Part shown: piece by piece, positions 50,351 to 61,339 of the stretch | How positions within the stretch are numbered: the stretch's first letter is position 1 | Layout of the letters: the number at the start of each line of letters is the position of its first letter | Assembly: GCA_038243585.1 (NCBI GenBank) | Contig: JBBSQY010000008.1 | Coordinates: forward strand, 1 to 64,000 | Origin: Candidatus Sumerlaeales bacterium | GTDB lineage: Bacteria > Sumerlaeota > Sumerlaeia > Sumerlaeales > Sumerlaeaceae | DNA length: 64,000 nucleotides | Reading direction: 5' to 3' | Program-made: the position numbers and the translations under genes | Notes under the pieces: model-generated | The model's database searches: none | What the model was told of the DNA's origin: nothing | The model's input: the letters and a program-made list of their open reading frames with translations, nothing else

Positions 50351-53300
50351 GTGATTTTCAGACTGAGTAATCTATCGTTAGCGGCCGTTACACCGGCAGT
50401 AGGGACGACTCGCCGAGTCGTCCACCTCTCAATTATTTCACTATTGACGTTTGCCCTGTTTCTAATGTGCACACCCTCTTCTGCCGCTATTGGCCCTGCA
50501 GGCCAGCCCGCGCTAAACGCCGCCTCTGCGTCTCCGGGGAACGTTACGGTTACCGATACGACGGGTAAGCCGATAAGCGGAGTAGCGGTGATGAGTCAGC
50601 CACGACCAGAGATGCTTTTGCCGGAAAATCTTAAAGAAACCACAGCCACTACCACCGACGCCTCTGGCGTGTTCTCGCCGCCGCCCCGGGAAGTAGGCGG
50701 AACTCACCTGGTGCTTAGAAAACCAGGACTCGAGGCCGTAGCGTTAGATGCCGGAAAGCCCGCGCCGCGGAACATTAAGATGCGTTCTGAGCGAACTGTA
50801 TCGGGGAAGGTCTTATCTCCGGATGGCCACCCTATACCCGGCGCTCTGGCGGGCCCCCTAAGTTTCACGCCCGGTTCAGGAAACAGTGATGCTAATCTCT
50901 CGCTGCGGCAACTTTTGCCACGGCAAGTCGTTCAGACAGACGCATCCGGGGCATTTCACTTTAGTAGTCTCCCGCCGGAAAGCCTGGCTATTCAGTTTTC
51001 AGCCCCCGGTCACACCCCGAGACTGGCCGTTTTTGATGAAGCGACCTCTGAACTGAAAGTTTCTCTGGAAACTGGCGGTGCAACGATCAGTGGCAGCGTT
51101 ATAGGATCAAAAGATAAAACGCCAAAGCCGGGTATTGCCATCGAAGCGACGGGAAACAGCCTGCTTTTATCTGTCCGCACAGATCTACGAGGCGCATATA
51201 CGTTCAATAACATCCCTCCCGGGACCTGGACCATACGTCCGGCGGGGGGAGGCCCTGTCAGCGGCACTCAGTCTCGGTCGAAGATAATAGATATTGAAAA
51301 GGCGGACCAGGTTGTCGATCTGCCACTTGTACTCAATCAAGGCGTGATGCTGGCAGGCCGCGCAATCGACATGAAGACATCGCAAGGACTCGGCGGGATA
51401 AACATAACGCTAGCCGGATACGCTGGCTCCGGCGCAAAAGCTGTGCTGACAGATCCTGATGGCGCATTCCTTTTTGACAACTTGGATTCTCTTCAGGATG
51501 TAATTATACGCTTTGATCCGATCAAATTTGTCCATCTTTTACCAGGTGGTGGGTACCGCGATTACTTCGATATCAGCAATTCAGGCGACACAAATTTCGA
51601 CCTGACAACCCTTACCATTCCACTGCATCGACGCTTCGAGGTCAAAGGGAAGGTGCGTGACGCCGCCGGCCAGGTCGCTGCGGATGTGGAAATTCGTCTT
51701 CAGTCCCTGGATGCGCAAACGTCAACCCCTTCCAAGAGCGGGCCCGGTCTCCTTACGTTTGCCACAGCTTCAAACAGCACGGGAGATTTCCGCGCTGGGG
51801 TATACCCGTCTGGCCGCTATAAAGTGTGGGCACAACAGGACGCCCTGGTTTCGCAGGTGGAGATCGTCGAAGCGTATACGACTGCGCCAGTTCCATCCGT
51901 CGAGTTGCGTATGGATAAGGCCGCTCAATTGGAAGGACTTGTAACGGACTCTCACGACGCTATTGTGACTGGCGCTGTCGTAATCGCTTGGCCTGCTAAC
52001 GGTCTTGAGCCTGAAGAACAGCCCATTCCTGGCAGGGAGAATTATGAATACTCAAAAACCGATAAACAAGGTAAGTTTTTGCTTTCCGGCCTGCGTGGAG
52101 AACCGCTTATCTTGCGTGCCTCTCATCCGTCGTACGTCCAGCCAGTTCATCTGCCCTTGGACCCGACCGGCATCGCGTTAGGAACAAGCTCTGGCCTTGT
52201 CTTAAAATTTCCTGCAGGCGGCGAGTTTGCTGTCACAGTAACCGATGAAACCGGACAAACCTTAAGCGGCGCTGAAGTACAACTGGATTATCAGGACGGT
52301 CTGGACGGACAGCGGGTGAGGGTTGTTTCAGATAGCTACGGGCGAGCGTCTGTTGGTGCTCTGCCGGCGGATCGTCTCGATAAGCTTGTGGTAAACCATG
52401 CGGCGTATGCGCCGTTCGAAAGCGAAGCACCTATCAGCCTGCCACAAAAAGACTTTAAAGTAAGCCTGAAAAAACGTGGTTCGATCGTTGCCGCTGTCCG
52501 AGGCACCGGACCTGTGCCTGGCGTACCTGTTGAGATTTTCCTGCTGTATGCTCCCCTCAGCGGGTCCACCGGAAGTGCCGCGCCGGAACAGGGATTTGAC
52601 CAGACGGCCCGCGCGCCCGTAGTTGCAGGCAAAGCTTCTTTTCCAAATCTGCCCCCAGGTTGGTACAAGGTCGCATTTGCAGATTCCGGGGCTTACGCGG
52701 AATCTAAAGTAGTTCGTATGGAAGCCGGCGGTGGAATTCAAAACTTGGAACTATCGTTGCCCCAGGGGAATCATCTAACTGGGACCGTAATTGATAAGCA
52801 AACAGGAGAAGGCGTTGCCGGTGCGAACCTCACTATTCGCCCTGCAGTGGATAGTCAGATAGTCACGGAGCGGGCCCAGCAGAACGTAACGACAGGCGAA
52901 GGGGGTGTGTTTGAGCTTTATAACGTAGGATCCGGTCAGCTTCATGCTCTGGTAATAGCAGCGGGTTACCCTGATCTCGAGCGGAATATTAATTTTGTGC
53001 CTGGCGAGTCATTAAATATAGAGTTAAGCGCCATTACATCCACGCTGGAAGGTCGCGTAACCGTAGGTGGTAGTAACCTGGTGGAAGGCGCCTTAATAAT
53101 ACTGTCCAAGGCTGGAGGCGATCATTCCCCTGTAGCTACGGCTGTAACGGATGAAGCAGGAACCTATAAGATGGAAGGGTTTCCCGCTAGTTCATACGCT
53201 CTCACGGTGGAGGCACCGATTGGTGCAGGTGAAAATATTACCCGGAAATCTCTCTTGGTTTCGATAGAGGAAGAGCAGGTAACGCAGGATGTAAACTTCG

Positions 53301-53554
53301 AATCGTTAGTTTCGGTTCAGGGCAAAGTGCGGCTAAACGGAAAGCTCCCCGAGCGGGGAAGTGGCGAATCTCTCTCTGTACTGTTCAGCGGAACCGGGGA
53401 TGGAATGGAATCTAAAATGATAAAGGTTGCCGATGACGGCGCCTATTCCGTTCAGCTGGAGCCAGGCGACTATACAGTCAGTCTGGAGGATCGGGAAGGT
53501 CGGCCAATAACGATAAAAGCTGGGGCCGGGCAAACGATTAACTTGGATTTTTAA
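50351..53554 (+). CDS. Secreted protein of tandem carboxypeptidase-regulatory-like (Cna-B-type) beta-sandwich domains
   Basis: Repeated G.V.D..G.P/V.GA.V...TD..G.F/Y...L..G.Y modules. Confidence 0.85.
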   Translation: MIFRLSNLSLAAVTPAVGTTRRVVHLSIISLLTFALFLMCTPSSAAIGPAGQPALNAASASPGNVTVTDTTGKPISGVAVMSQPRPEMLLPENLKETTATTTDASGVFSPPPREVGGTHLVLRKPGLEAVALDAGKPAPRNIKMRSERTVSGKVLSPDGHPIPGALAGPLSFTPGSGNSDANLSLRQLLPRQVVQTDASGAFHFSSLPPESLAIQFSAPGHTPRLAVFDEATSELKVSLETGGATISGSVIGSKDKTPKPGIAIEATGNSLLLSVRTDLRGAYTFNNIPPGTWTIRPAGGGPVSGTQSRSKIIDIEKADQVVDLPLVLNQGVMLAGRAIDMKTSQGLGGINITLAGYAGSGAKAVLTDPDGAFLFDNLDSLQDVIIRFDPIKFVHLLPGGGYRDYFDISNSGDTNFDLTTLTIPLHRRFEVKGKVRDAAGQVAADVEIRLQSLDAQTSTPSKSGPGLLTFATASNSTGDFRAGVYPSGRYKVWAQQDALVSQVEIVEAYTTAPVPSVELRMDKAAQLEGLVTDSHDAIVTGAVVIAWPANGLEPEEQPIPGRENYEYSKTDKQGKFLLSGLRGEPLILRASHPSYVQPVHLPLDPTGIALGTSSGLVLKFPAGGEFAVTVTDETGQTLSGAEVQLDYQDGLDGQRVRVVSDSYGRASVGALPADRLDKLVVNHAAYAPFESEAPISLPQKDFKVSLKKRGSIVAAVRGTGPVPGVPVEIFLLYAPLSGSTGSAAPEQGFDQTARAPVVAGKASFPNLPPGWYKVAFADSGAYAESKVVRMEAGGGIQNLELSLPQGNHLTGTVIDKQTGEGVAGANLTIRPAVDSQIVTERAQQNVTTGEGGVFELYNVGSGQLHALVIAAGYPDLERNINFVPGESLNIELSAITSTLEGRVTVGGSNLVEGALIILSKAGGDHSPVATAVTDEAGTYKMEGFPASSYALTVEAPIGAGENITRKSLLVSIEEEQVTQDVNFESLVSVQGKVRLNGKLPERGSGESLSVLFSGTGDGMESKMIKVADDGAYSVQLEPGDYTVSLEDREGRPITIKAGAGQTINLDF

Positions 53555-53686
53555 GCCAAAACGTTAGTAGTAATCGATTCTTGCTCGCGCAATTAGTCAT
53601 AAGAGAAGTTGTTAAGAGATATGATCCGGATAAGTTTCGTATATACCTCAAAAACGTCACCCGTTAAACAACATGGTAAAAATGAA

Positions 53687-53722
53687 AGGTCCGGCGCGCT
53701 GACACACTAACACGCCGGACCT
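53687..53722 (-). terminator. Intrinsic terminator between convergent genes
   Basis: aggtccggcg ... cgccggacct stem with an A-rich flank on the left. Confidence 0.6.
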
Positions 53723-53750
53723 GTAAAAACTACCAATTTAAAAGCTTAAA

Positions 53751-54233
53751 TTATTTGTTCATGTGAGAGCCGGCACGGCCAGCTTCACCGGTGACTGGCG
53801 TAAATGATGGCGGATCGGATGCAGGAAACGAATCTTTACCGGCCTGTTTGACTTCATCAATACGTTTATTCTGGCTTGAACCGCTGGAATTGCTGCGGTT
53901 GTCAGACCGACCTGAATTCCCAGACCCCTTTGAGTCGTCGGAGTTCCCAGTCCGCTGGGAAATCTGTTCACAGCCGTTGTTCAGCATATTATTAGCCTGA
54001 CCCATAATCTTCGAAAATCCACATTTACCAGTGGCTCCACGATGAAGCAGTCCTGCAGAAACTCCAAGCATTAGCGCCGCACTAAGCAAGCTGCGGCTGC
54101 GCATGGCGGAAGAAGCAAGGGTAGTGCCGGCGAGCATGCTGACCATACGCTCGCTCTGCCCAATACGCGTGTAGCCATGGCTGTCTTTGCGGTTGAAATC
54201 CGTGGTTCCTTTATTAACTGTAACGTTTGACAT
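53751..54233 (-). CDS. DUF2892/YgaP-like membrane protein with a C-terminal DSFPASDPP motif
   Basis: ERMVSMLAG..LLHRGATGKC; AGGAGG RBS before ATG 54233 (track start 54323). Confidence 0.75.
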   Translation of the reverse strand: MSNVTVNKGTTDFNRKDSHGYTRIGQSERMVSMLAGTTLASSAMRSRSLLSAALMLGVSAGLLHRGATGKCGFSKIMGQANNMLNNGCEQISQRTGNSDDSKGSGNSGRSDNRSNSSGSSQNKRIDEVKQAGKDSFPASDPPSFTPVTGEAGRAGSHMNK

Positions 54234-54380
54234 TTGTAGCCTCCTGGGTTTCTTAGATGGCAACCCTGTAATATTTTTATAACGATGTTTCGTTATAAAG
54301 GATAATAGCAACCACTGGGCCATTGCGAAGAACGGCTATCCAGAAGATGAAAAGTGGCCTCCACAAGCCAGCCACCGGAC

Positions 54381-55187
54381 CTAATCCACCGGAATTCGGA
54401 GCCTTTCAATTCCGACCGCTTTGCCAGTATCGGCCTCCACGGTGATCATTGCACCGCACAATAAAATTTCTTCTGTGGCCACTTCATGGCGCACCGGAAG
54501 GCCGGTCAAAAACCTGTGAAGGACTTCCTTTTGCTTAACGCCAATCACTCCATAGTGCCCGCCAGTCATGCCCAGATCCGTCATATATGCGGTTCCGCCT
54601 GGTAATATCTGTTCGTCTGCCGTTTGCACATGGGTATGGGTTCCGCATACTCCGCTTAACCGACCGTCCAGATACCAGCCCATCGCCACTTTTTCGCTCG
54701 TCGCTTCTCCGTGAAAATCCAAAAACGCCATAGGAGTTTCACGCATCACCTCATCTAATATGACATCCGCTTTTCGGAAGGGGCAATCGGAAGCTGCCAT
54801 CATCACCCGCCCAATAAGATTTAAAACTGCGATTCTTAAACCGCCGGTTCCAGCAACTTCGAACAGCCCATAGCCGCGCCCAGGCACCTCCGGAGTATTG
54901 GTGTAGTTGGCTGGCCGAATCAGACGTGTTTCCTTACTGATAAAAGTGAAAATATCCTTGTTGTCCCAAGTGTGATTTCCCGCAGTAAGCACGTCTACTC
55001 CAGCTGCTAGCATCTGGTTGGCGGTCTCGCGTGTGATGCCCTTGCCATGGGCGCTGTTTTCGGCGTTTGCTATCACAAAATGAGCGCGGCCACTGCGTTT
55101 AAAATCCGGAATTATGGCTTTAATTGCTTCGCGACCTGGTCTTCCAACAGCGTCGCCAACCATAAGGATTCGTAATTCGGTTGTCAT
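54381..55187 (-). CDS. ymdB: YmdB-like metallophosphoesterase (TIGR00282 family)
   Basis: GDAVGRPG, NAENSAHG, GNHTWD, DFHGEATSEK, GTHTHVQTADE, TDLGMTG. Confidence 0.93.
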   Translation of the reverse strand: MTTELRILMVGDAVGRPGREAIKAIIPDFKRSGRAHFVIANAENSAHGKGITRETANQMLAAGVDVLTAGNHTWDNKDIFTFISKETRLIRPANYTNTPEVPGRGYGLFEVAGTGGLRIAVLNLIGRVMMAASDCPFRKADVILDEVMRETPMAFLDFHGEATSEKVAMGWYLDGRLSGVCGTHTHVQTADEQILPGGTAYMTDLGMTGGHYGVIGVKQKEVLHRFLTGLPVRHEVATEEILLCGAMITVEADTGKAVGIERLRIPVD

Positions 55188-55350
55188 TATAGAACTTTCC
55201 AGCGTTAAAACGGTATGAGTTAGTTAAGCACCTGCTGTGGAAATCTATTGTGAGCAAGAAAACAGTATTGTAATCAAACCTTGACACGCTTTCGCGGCTA
55301 CTGCCAGTTCTACCCACAAATCACCGTAAGAAAGATCGACGGGGACCACT

Positions 55351-56061
55351 TTGCCAGAGAAAAAAGCTTCCGAAAAAAAAGGCGCTACGGTAGAAACCGA
55401 TGACAGCCCAAGCATATTTGTTACCACAGATACGGTATTGTTTACATTCGAGGATCAGCAGTTAAAAGTGCTGCTGGTTCGCCGAAATCGCCCGCCCCAT
55501 GAGGGGCTATGGGCCTTTCCCGGCGGCTTTCTTCATGCAGAAGAAGAGATGGATGCATCTGCCGGTCGTGAGTTAAAAGAAGAGACTGGTCTAGGCGGAG
55601 CCCGCTTGAAGCAATTTGGTGCGGTCGGTAATGTCGGACGTGATCCGCGCGGACGCTCAATTTCCATAGTTTTCTTTGGCGCCGTGGCAGCTGAGGTCTC
55701 AAAGCCACAGCCCGCAGACGATGCTGACGAAGCGGCTTTTCATCCGGTAAAGCGGCGCCCGCGCCTGGCATTCGACCACGAGCAAATCCTAAAGGGGCTT
55801 CTTGGACGTCTTCGTGAGGAAATTGTGCAGAGCGAAATACTGTTCGACTTTTTCCGCTCCGTTATCCCTTCAGCCGATATGCTAGCCCTAATCGAACAGA
55901 TTTGGGGGACCACCGCCGACCGCCGGAAATGGGACGGGTTCATGCATAGACTGCCCTTCCTGCAGGAAATGAGCGGCGGTCAAAAATTCCGCCTCGACCG
56001 AACCGAAATGCGACGCTGGTTACGCAATAATCACTTGCCGGTAACTGATCTGTTTAGCTGA
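55351..56061 (+). CDS. NUDIX hydrolase, NrtR-like
   Basis: Intact Nudix box GFLHAEEEMDASAGRELKEETGL, RDPRGR, LAFDHEQI; possible degenerate C-terminal wHTH. Confidence 0.88.
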   Translation: MPEKKASEKKGATVETDDSPSIFVTTDTVLFTFEDQQLKVLLVRRNRPPHEGLWAFPGGFLHAEEEMDASAGRELKEETGLGGARLKQFGAVGNVGRDPRGRSISIVFFGAVAAEVSKPQPADDADEAAFHPVKRRPRLAFDHEQILKGLLGRLREEIVQSEILFDFFRSVIPSADMLALIEQIWGTTADRRKWDGFMHRLPFLQEMSGGQKFRLDRTEMRRWLRNNHLPVTDLFS

Positions 56062-56136
56062 CAATACCAGACCAGCTAAGTTTCACTTTCATCATATAGT
56101 GGCCGGCAGGCTGTTTGCCTGCTTTTAGTTTTTGGT

Positions 56137-57429
56137 TTGGTAACGTTATACTCGAAGAAAAGAACCATGTCTTTCATCAGCAACTTACTCGTTAATGGTG
56201 CTGTCTCTTTATTGGTGAGACTCCACCGCGGCTGTACTCTCACAATCATACTTGCCACTGCAGCCACACCGCTTATCGCCCAACATCCATTGGCGGTCGC
56301 CACCAGCGATACCCTCACGTTTACAACCAGCGGTACTTTAACCGCGGCGGAAATCGGCGATGGGGTGTGGTGGCGACCGGAACTGGACGAAACATCAATC
56401 ACTCAGGTGATGATCAACCTGAACGAGTGGAAAATCCCAAACCTCTACGTAGACGTTTTCCGCTCAGGCGAAACGCTATTTCCATCCGCCGTATTCCCCC
56501 AGCGCACCGAAGCCGCAGATCGCGATTGGTTTGGTTACATAATCGCAGAAGCGCATAAGCACAACATTCGTGTTCACGCATGGGCACAGGTGCTCTGTTG
56601 GCAGGACCCTGACGCAGAATCGGCGCCAAGCCACCCACTTCTGGCGGCGCATCCAGGATGGATGGAAACAGCCGACGATGAAATGGGCTCTGAAGGGAAG
56701 TCATCGGCCAGATTGGTCAGCCCGGGTGTGCCCGAAGTAAGAACCTCCCTGCTTGCACTGACTCAGGAGATATGCCGTTATTCTGTAGATGGGTTGAATC
56801 TGGATTCGGTTTCTTATGATCCACAGGTTGATACAGGTTATAATCTTGTAGTTGGTGAGAGCTTCAAAAACCTGTATGGCGTTAATCCGCTTAATCTAAA
56901 GCCCGACCTTGACGACGATAGCGAATGGATGGCTTGGGTTTCTTTTCGTGAGGACAAGCTCACAAGCCTGGTGCAACTGATGGCCGATCAGGCCCGGCTT
57001 GCTGGAGAGGCGGCGGATCGCCGCATCCTTTTGTCAGTAAACGTCCATCCAGTTTACGAAGAAACACGCGGACAAAACCCCGCTTACCAGCACTGGGGCC
57101 AGTGGGTGGAGAGAGGCCTTGTAGATGCAACTATACCGCAGTGCTTCAGTCCAGATTTGCCTGGGCTTGAGAAGCAGTTATGGCAAGTGCGCAGCGTTCA
57201 TATGGGAACGGAAACCGCCTGCCTGCCGGGGCTATTGCTGGATGAAAGTACTACAAATTCTCACCCTTCATTAAGGGAACAACAACGCCTGTTGAAAAGC
57301 GCTGGGTTTAAACACAACAATATCATGGACTATAAAGGGTTGATGCTCCAGAAGCAATCACCAGATATTAACCACGAGAACGCGGAAGAAGAACGGGGCT
57401 TCTGGGACTTTTTTAGATCCAGACGGTAA
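56137..57429 (+). CDS. Glycoside hydrolase-like family 10 (GHL10/UPF0748) protein
   Basis: GVW, AHKHNIRVHAW, PGVPEVR, YSVDGLNLD, QHWGQW..GLVD..PQ; start uncertain. Confidence 0.8.
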   Translation: MVTLYSKKRTMSFISNLLVNGAVSLLVRLHRGCTLTIILATAATPLIAQHPLAVATSDTLTFTTSGTLTAAEIGDGVWWRPELDETSITQVMINLNEWKIPNLYVDVFRSGETLFPSAVFPQRTEAADRDWFGYIIAEAHKHNIRVHAWAQVLCWQDPDAESAPSHPLLAAHPGWMETADDEMGSEGKSSARLVSPGVPEVRTSLLALTQEICRYSVDGLNLDSVSYDPQVDTGYNLVVGESFKNLYGVNPLNLKPDLDDDSEWMAWVSFREDKLTSLVQLMADQARLAGEAADRRILLSVNVHPVYEETRGQNPAYQHWGQWVERGLVDATIPQCFSPDLPGLEKQLWQVRSVHMGTETACLPGLLLDESTTNSHPSLREQQRLLKSAGFKHNNIMDYKGLMLQKQSPDINHENAEEERGFWDFFRSRR

Positions 57430-57449
57430 ATCGACAAAGCCGAAGTGGG

Positions 57450-57665
57450 TTACGAAGTGGCTTTTTTAAGGGCTTCCGGTTTATGGGCAGCTACTTTACC
57501 ACTTTTGTCACTTTTGACCAGGTATTCCGGATTATCCTTTGAAGCCGCGACCTTATGACTTTTGATTTGTGTGGGCGAAGTCAGCTTTTTTTCGACCTTG
57601 CCCTGAGTCTTTCCTTGAGACGTTGCCCACTCCACTTTGTCGCCCTTTTTCAGATTCTTCGTCAT
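57450..57665 (-). CDS. DUF2945 (Hva1 Tudor-like) small protein
   Basis: GDKVEW..GKTQGKV..PEYLVKSDKSGKVAAHKPEAL. Confidence 0.9.
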   Translation of the reverse strand: MTKNLKKGDKVEWATSQGKTQGKVEKKLTSPTQIKSHKVAASKDNPEYLVKSDKSGKVAAHKPEALKKATS

Positions 57666-57733
57666 CGTGGTATCCTCATGACATTAGAGTCTCAGCAATT
57701 CCAGAGCCAACGTTTTATCGCCGCCGCAAGAAG

Positions 57734-59188
57734 CTACTTCTTTTTCTGACGGGCCTTTTTCGCTAACTTCTGACGGTTCTTTTTCTCAAACGCCTTCCGA
57801 CTCAGCCGTTTATCACGATCTGCCGCGCTCATTCCGCCGCCGGTTATGCTTCCCTTCAGCGTTCCGTCCGGATTCATGCCTCCGGCGTCCGCCCGATCTT
57901 TCAGTTGCATCACGCCCTGCATCATTTTGCGGGCCATCTCGAACTGCTTGATCAGCGCGTTCACATCTTGTGGCGTTGTGGCGCTACCCTTTGCGATGCG
58001 GGCGCGGCGCGGCCCCGTCAGCACCGATGGGTTATCCCGCTCGTGAGGCGTCATGCTCTGGATAATAGCCTCGGTGCGCTTCATTTCCTTTTCGGGTAGT
58101 TCGATATCTTTTAACTGGCTGCCGATACCGGGAAGCAGTTCAAGTAAACCGCGCAACGGTCCCATTTTTTTAAGCTGCTGCATTTGCGAGAGGAAATCCT
58201 GGAGGGTGAAGCTGGCTTTGCGCATTTTGCGCTCCATGTCTTCGGCCATCTTCTCGTCAAAATGCTCCTGGGCCTTTTCCACCAGGCTGACCACGTCGCC
58301 CATGCCAAGGATCCGGCCCGCCATACGTTCAGGAAAGAACTCCTGAAGGTCTTCCAGCCGCTCGCCTGTACCAATAAACTTTACCGGCTTGTTGGTGATC
58401 CACTTGATCGATAGCGCTGCTCCGCCCCGGGCGTCACCGTCCATCTTTGTCAGACAGACTCCGTCAATTCCGATCTTGTCATTAAACGTGGACGCGCTGA
58501 CAACGGCGTCCTGACCCGTCATGGCGTCCGCCACAAGGAAAGAGTAAATTGGTTTTATGTTGGACTTGATTTCAACCAGCTCGTCCATCAGCACGTCGTT
58601 GATATGCAGACGTCCCGCCGTATCGACAATTATGACGTCGTTGCCGTCCGCCTGTCCCTTTTCTACGCCGCGCCGGGCGATGTCCGGCGCGGGTTTGTCC
58701 GCGCCTTCGCTGTAGACCGGCACGCCGGCCGATTGTCCGACGACGTGAAGTTGATCGATAGCCGCTGGTCGATAAATATCACACGCCACCAGGAGGGGCT
58801 TAAAGCCGTCCTTTGCCAGGCGCTTTGCCAGCTTACCGCAGAAAGTTGTTTTGCCGCTCCCCTGCAAGCCCAGCATCAGAATCACGTTGGTGCGGCCTTT
58901 TTCCAATGCGAACGGCGCGGTTTCACCACCAAGAAATTCCACCAGTTCGTCATGAATGATCTTCACCATCTGCTGACTTGGCGATACCGCGAGCAGCACA
59001 TCTTCGCCCAGGGACTTTTCCTGAACGCGGGTGACAAATTCCTTTACGACCTTGAAGTTAACATCGGCTTCCAGCAACGCCATTTTCACGTCGCGCATAA
59101 CGTCTTTGACGTTGCCTTCGGTTAGCTGGCCCTGCCCGCGCAGGTTTTTGAACGCGCCTTCAAGCCGCTCGCTTAAACTTTCAAACAT
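57734..59188 (-). CDS. ffh: Signal recognition particle protein
   Basis: ALLEADV, GLQGSGKTT, DTAGR, TKMDGDARGG, RILGMGD, M domain IIQSMT..ER. Confidence 0.98.
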   Translation of the reverse strand: MFESLSERLEGAFKNLRGQGQLTEGNVKDVMRDVKMALLEADVNFKVVKEFVTRVQEKSLGEDVLLAVSPSQQMVKIIHDELVEFLGGETAPFALEKGRTNVILMLGLQGSGKTTFCGKLAKRLAKDGFKPLLVACDIYRPAAIDQLHVVGQSAGVPVYSEGADKPAPDIARRGVEKGQADGNDVIIVDTAGRLHINDVLMDELVEIKSNIKPIYSFLVADAMTGQDAVVSASTFNDKIGIDGVCLTKMDGDARGGAALSIKWITNKPVKFIGTGERLEDLQEFFPERMAGRILGMGDVVSLVEKAQEHFDEKMAEDMERKMRKASFTLQDFLSQMQQLKKMGPLRGLLELLPGIGSQLKDIELPEKEMKRTEAIIQSMTPHERDNPSVLTGPRRARIAKGSATTPQDVNALIKQFEMARKMMQGVMQLKDRADAGGMNPDGTLKGSITGGGMSAADRDKRLSRKAFEKKNRQKLAKKARQKKK

Positions 59189-59299
59189 GGATTTCGGACT
59201 TTCTGCCTCGGGGGAATTCTTAAACTCAATACACTACAACACGCGAGGGGCTTTGCTTTTCCTGCTTTTCTTTTTCTTTCTGCTATAGCAGGGATTGGG

Positions 59300-61078
59300 T
59301 TAAGAAACAGGGACGGGCTGGCCGCCAATATGCCGGCACAATCGCTCGAAATCATTCACATAGAGCCGCATCTTCTCCAGATCTTCCTGCTTGCCGGGGA
59401 ACGCGCCCAGATACGCTTCCGCCGCCATAAGCGTCGCCGGCTCCGTCTTCGCCATCGCGTCGAGATAGCGCATATAGACCACTTCTTTTTCCGTGTCGGT
59501 GGCGTCTGGTCGTTCCAGGGCCTCCTGGGTGTCGCTGTTGCTGCCGGCGTTCACGGTGCGGCCCATGGCCCAAATGCGCCGGCTGTTGATAGAACTCCGC
59601 ATGGTGCGAGAAAGCGGTACAAGTGTCCGGGCAGCCTTCACCACATCATCGGTTTCAATGTCCTCTTTGCGGCCATACACGCTAAACATGGCTTCAATAA
59701 TAGTCTGCTCGATTTCCGCGCCGCTATAGCCTTCTGTCGCGGCGGCGAGCGCATGGAGATCAAACTTTTTCGGATCCCGTTTTTTCAGGGAAAGATGGAT
59801 CTGAAAGATTTCCATGCGCTCGGCTTTCGTTGGTAGATCGACAAAGAAAATCTCGTCGAACCGCCCCTTGCGAAGAACTTCCGCCGGAAGGCGTTCGATG
59901 TCGTTTGCTGTCGCGACTACGAACACCGGCGCGGTTTTTTCCTGCAGCCAGGTCAGGATCGTCCCGAATAAGCGCGCCGTCGTTCCGCCGTCGGTGCTGT
60001 CGCTGGTGCCCGTGCCGCTGAGGCCTTTTTCGAGTTCGTCGATCCAAAGGACCACCGGCGCCAGGGACTCGGCCACGGCCAGCGCACGGCGCACGTTTGA
60101 TTCTGTCTCACCCACCATTTTGGAAAACAGTCGCCCGATATCCAGCCGCACCAGCGGAAAACCCAATTCGTTCGCCGTGGCCTTTGCCGCCAGGCTTTTC
60201 CCGCATCCCTGCACCCCGACCAGCAACAGCCCGCGCGGCGACGGCAGCCCGAACCGCGCAGCGTTAGGATCCATGGCGGCGCGCCGGCGCCCGATCCAGG
60301 CTTTGAGCTGATCCAGCCCGCCGACGTTGTCCAGCGTGTCGGAAACGTCAATATACTCCAGCAGTCCGGATTTGCGGATAACCTGTTTTTTTTCGGAGTA
60401 GACCAGCGACGCCTCTGCCTGCGAGAGGCGCTGGGCCGACACCAGCGTTTTTGCGAAAACGTTTTCTGCCTCGTTCAGGGTCAGGCCGATGGCGGCGTCG
60501 ATGATGGCTTCCTGAGACGCTTCCGACAGATCGATGGTCAGGCTTGGATTGTCCGCGATGTCGTCCGCGATCTGGTGCAACATCTTCGCCATGTCGTCCC
60601 GGTTCGGCAGGGGAAAGTCATAAATGGTAATGTCCTTCTCCAGCTCTTCCGGCAGACGCAACAGCGGCGACACGATAATAACCGTCGATAAAGTCGAACG
60701 AAGCAGCGTGGCCAGATCGCGCAGGCGGCGTTTGATCTCGCTGTTGGTCAGGAACTCATGAAAATCGCGCAGAACAAAAATGGATGGTTCGCCGGCGGTC
60801 AGGATTTCCCGAAGTGCGATGATCGGATCACGTGTATCCTTGCGCCCCTCGCTCCGCCCCTCCAGCCCCGCCCGGTAGCGGCTCAGCCCGTTGCTGATGG
60901 TCCAGTCAAACAGCTTCTTCCCCAGCGACTCTGCAATGCGGTGTATCTCCGTCATGGCTCGTTCCTCTTCCGACGTGACTACGTACAGAAGCGGGTAACG
61001 CGCGCGGATGAGGATTTCCAGTTCGGCTGGCTGGGGGGCTGCGGGATTGGTTGGCTGGCTAGTGGGTGGGTGGCTCAT
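59300..61078 (-). CDS. Ycf46-like AAA ATPase
   Basis: [61 protein letters not shown]; start ATG 61078 (track 61114). Confidence 0.9.
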   Translation of the reverse strand: MSHPPTSQPTNPAAPQPAELEILIRARYPLLYVVTSEEERAMTEIHRIAESLGKKLFDWTISNGLSRYRAGLEGRSEGRKDTRDPIIALREILTAGEPSIFVLRDFHEFLTNSEIKRRLRDLATLLRSTLSTVIIVSPLLRLPEELEKDITIYDFPLPNRDDMAKMLHQIADDIADNPSLTIDLSEASQEAIIDAAIGLTLNEAENVFAKTLVSAQRLSQAEASLVYSEKKQVIRKSGLLEYIDVSDTLDNVGGLDQLKAWIGRRRAAMDPNAARFGLPSPRGLLLVGVQGCGKSLAAKATANELGFPLVRLDIGRLFSKMVGETESNVRRALAVAESLAPVVLWIDELEKGLSGTGTSDSTDGGTTARLFGTILTWLQEKTAPVFVVATANDIERLPAEVLRKGRFDEIFFVDLPTKAERMEIFQIHLSLKKRDPKKFDLHALAAATEGYSGAEIEQTIIEAMFSVYGRKEDIETDDVVKAARTLVPLSRTMRSSINSRRIWAMGRTVNAGSNSDTQEALERPDATDTEKEVVYMRYLDAMAKTEPATLMAAEAYLGAFPGKQEDLEKMRLYVNDFERLCRHIGGQPVPVS

Positions 61079-61339
61079 AGGAAAGTTATTGAGCGGTGGA
61101 TTGAGGGTGGTCAATATCTGTCGTATTAGATCAGGCTAAACCTGCGATTGGTGTTTTGTGGAGAGTTTTTTTCTGGTATAGGTTTTTGTGGCGGAAACCC
61201 TTATGGGATGGTGCTGAGCGAGCTGTTTTGCGTTTGCAGAGGTTTTTCGGCGGATTTGCTTGTGGGGCTTGGGTGAGCGGGGCTTTTCTTGTGCGTTTTG
61301 CAATTTTTATTTTTGTGGCAGTTTTGCGTTAGAACGGGT

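Noticed and set aside
55188..55350. 6S RNA or rny remnant upstream of ymdB
   Set aside because: The spacer is short and shows no long hairpin or RNase Y coding remnant
59189..59299. SRP RNA next to ffh
   Set aside because: No CAGG..GGAA..AGCAG core; the region is a low-complexity T/C tract
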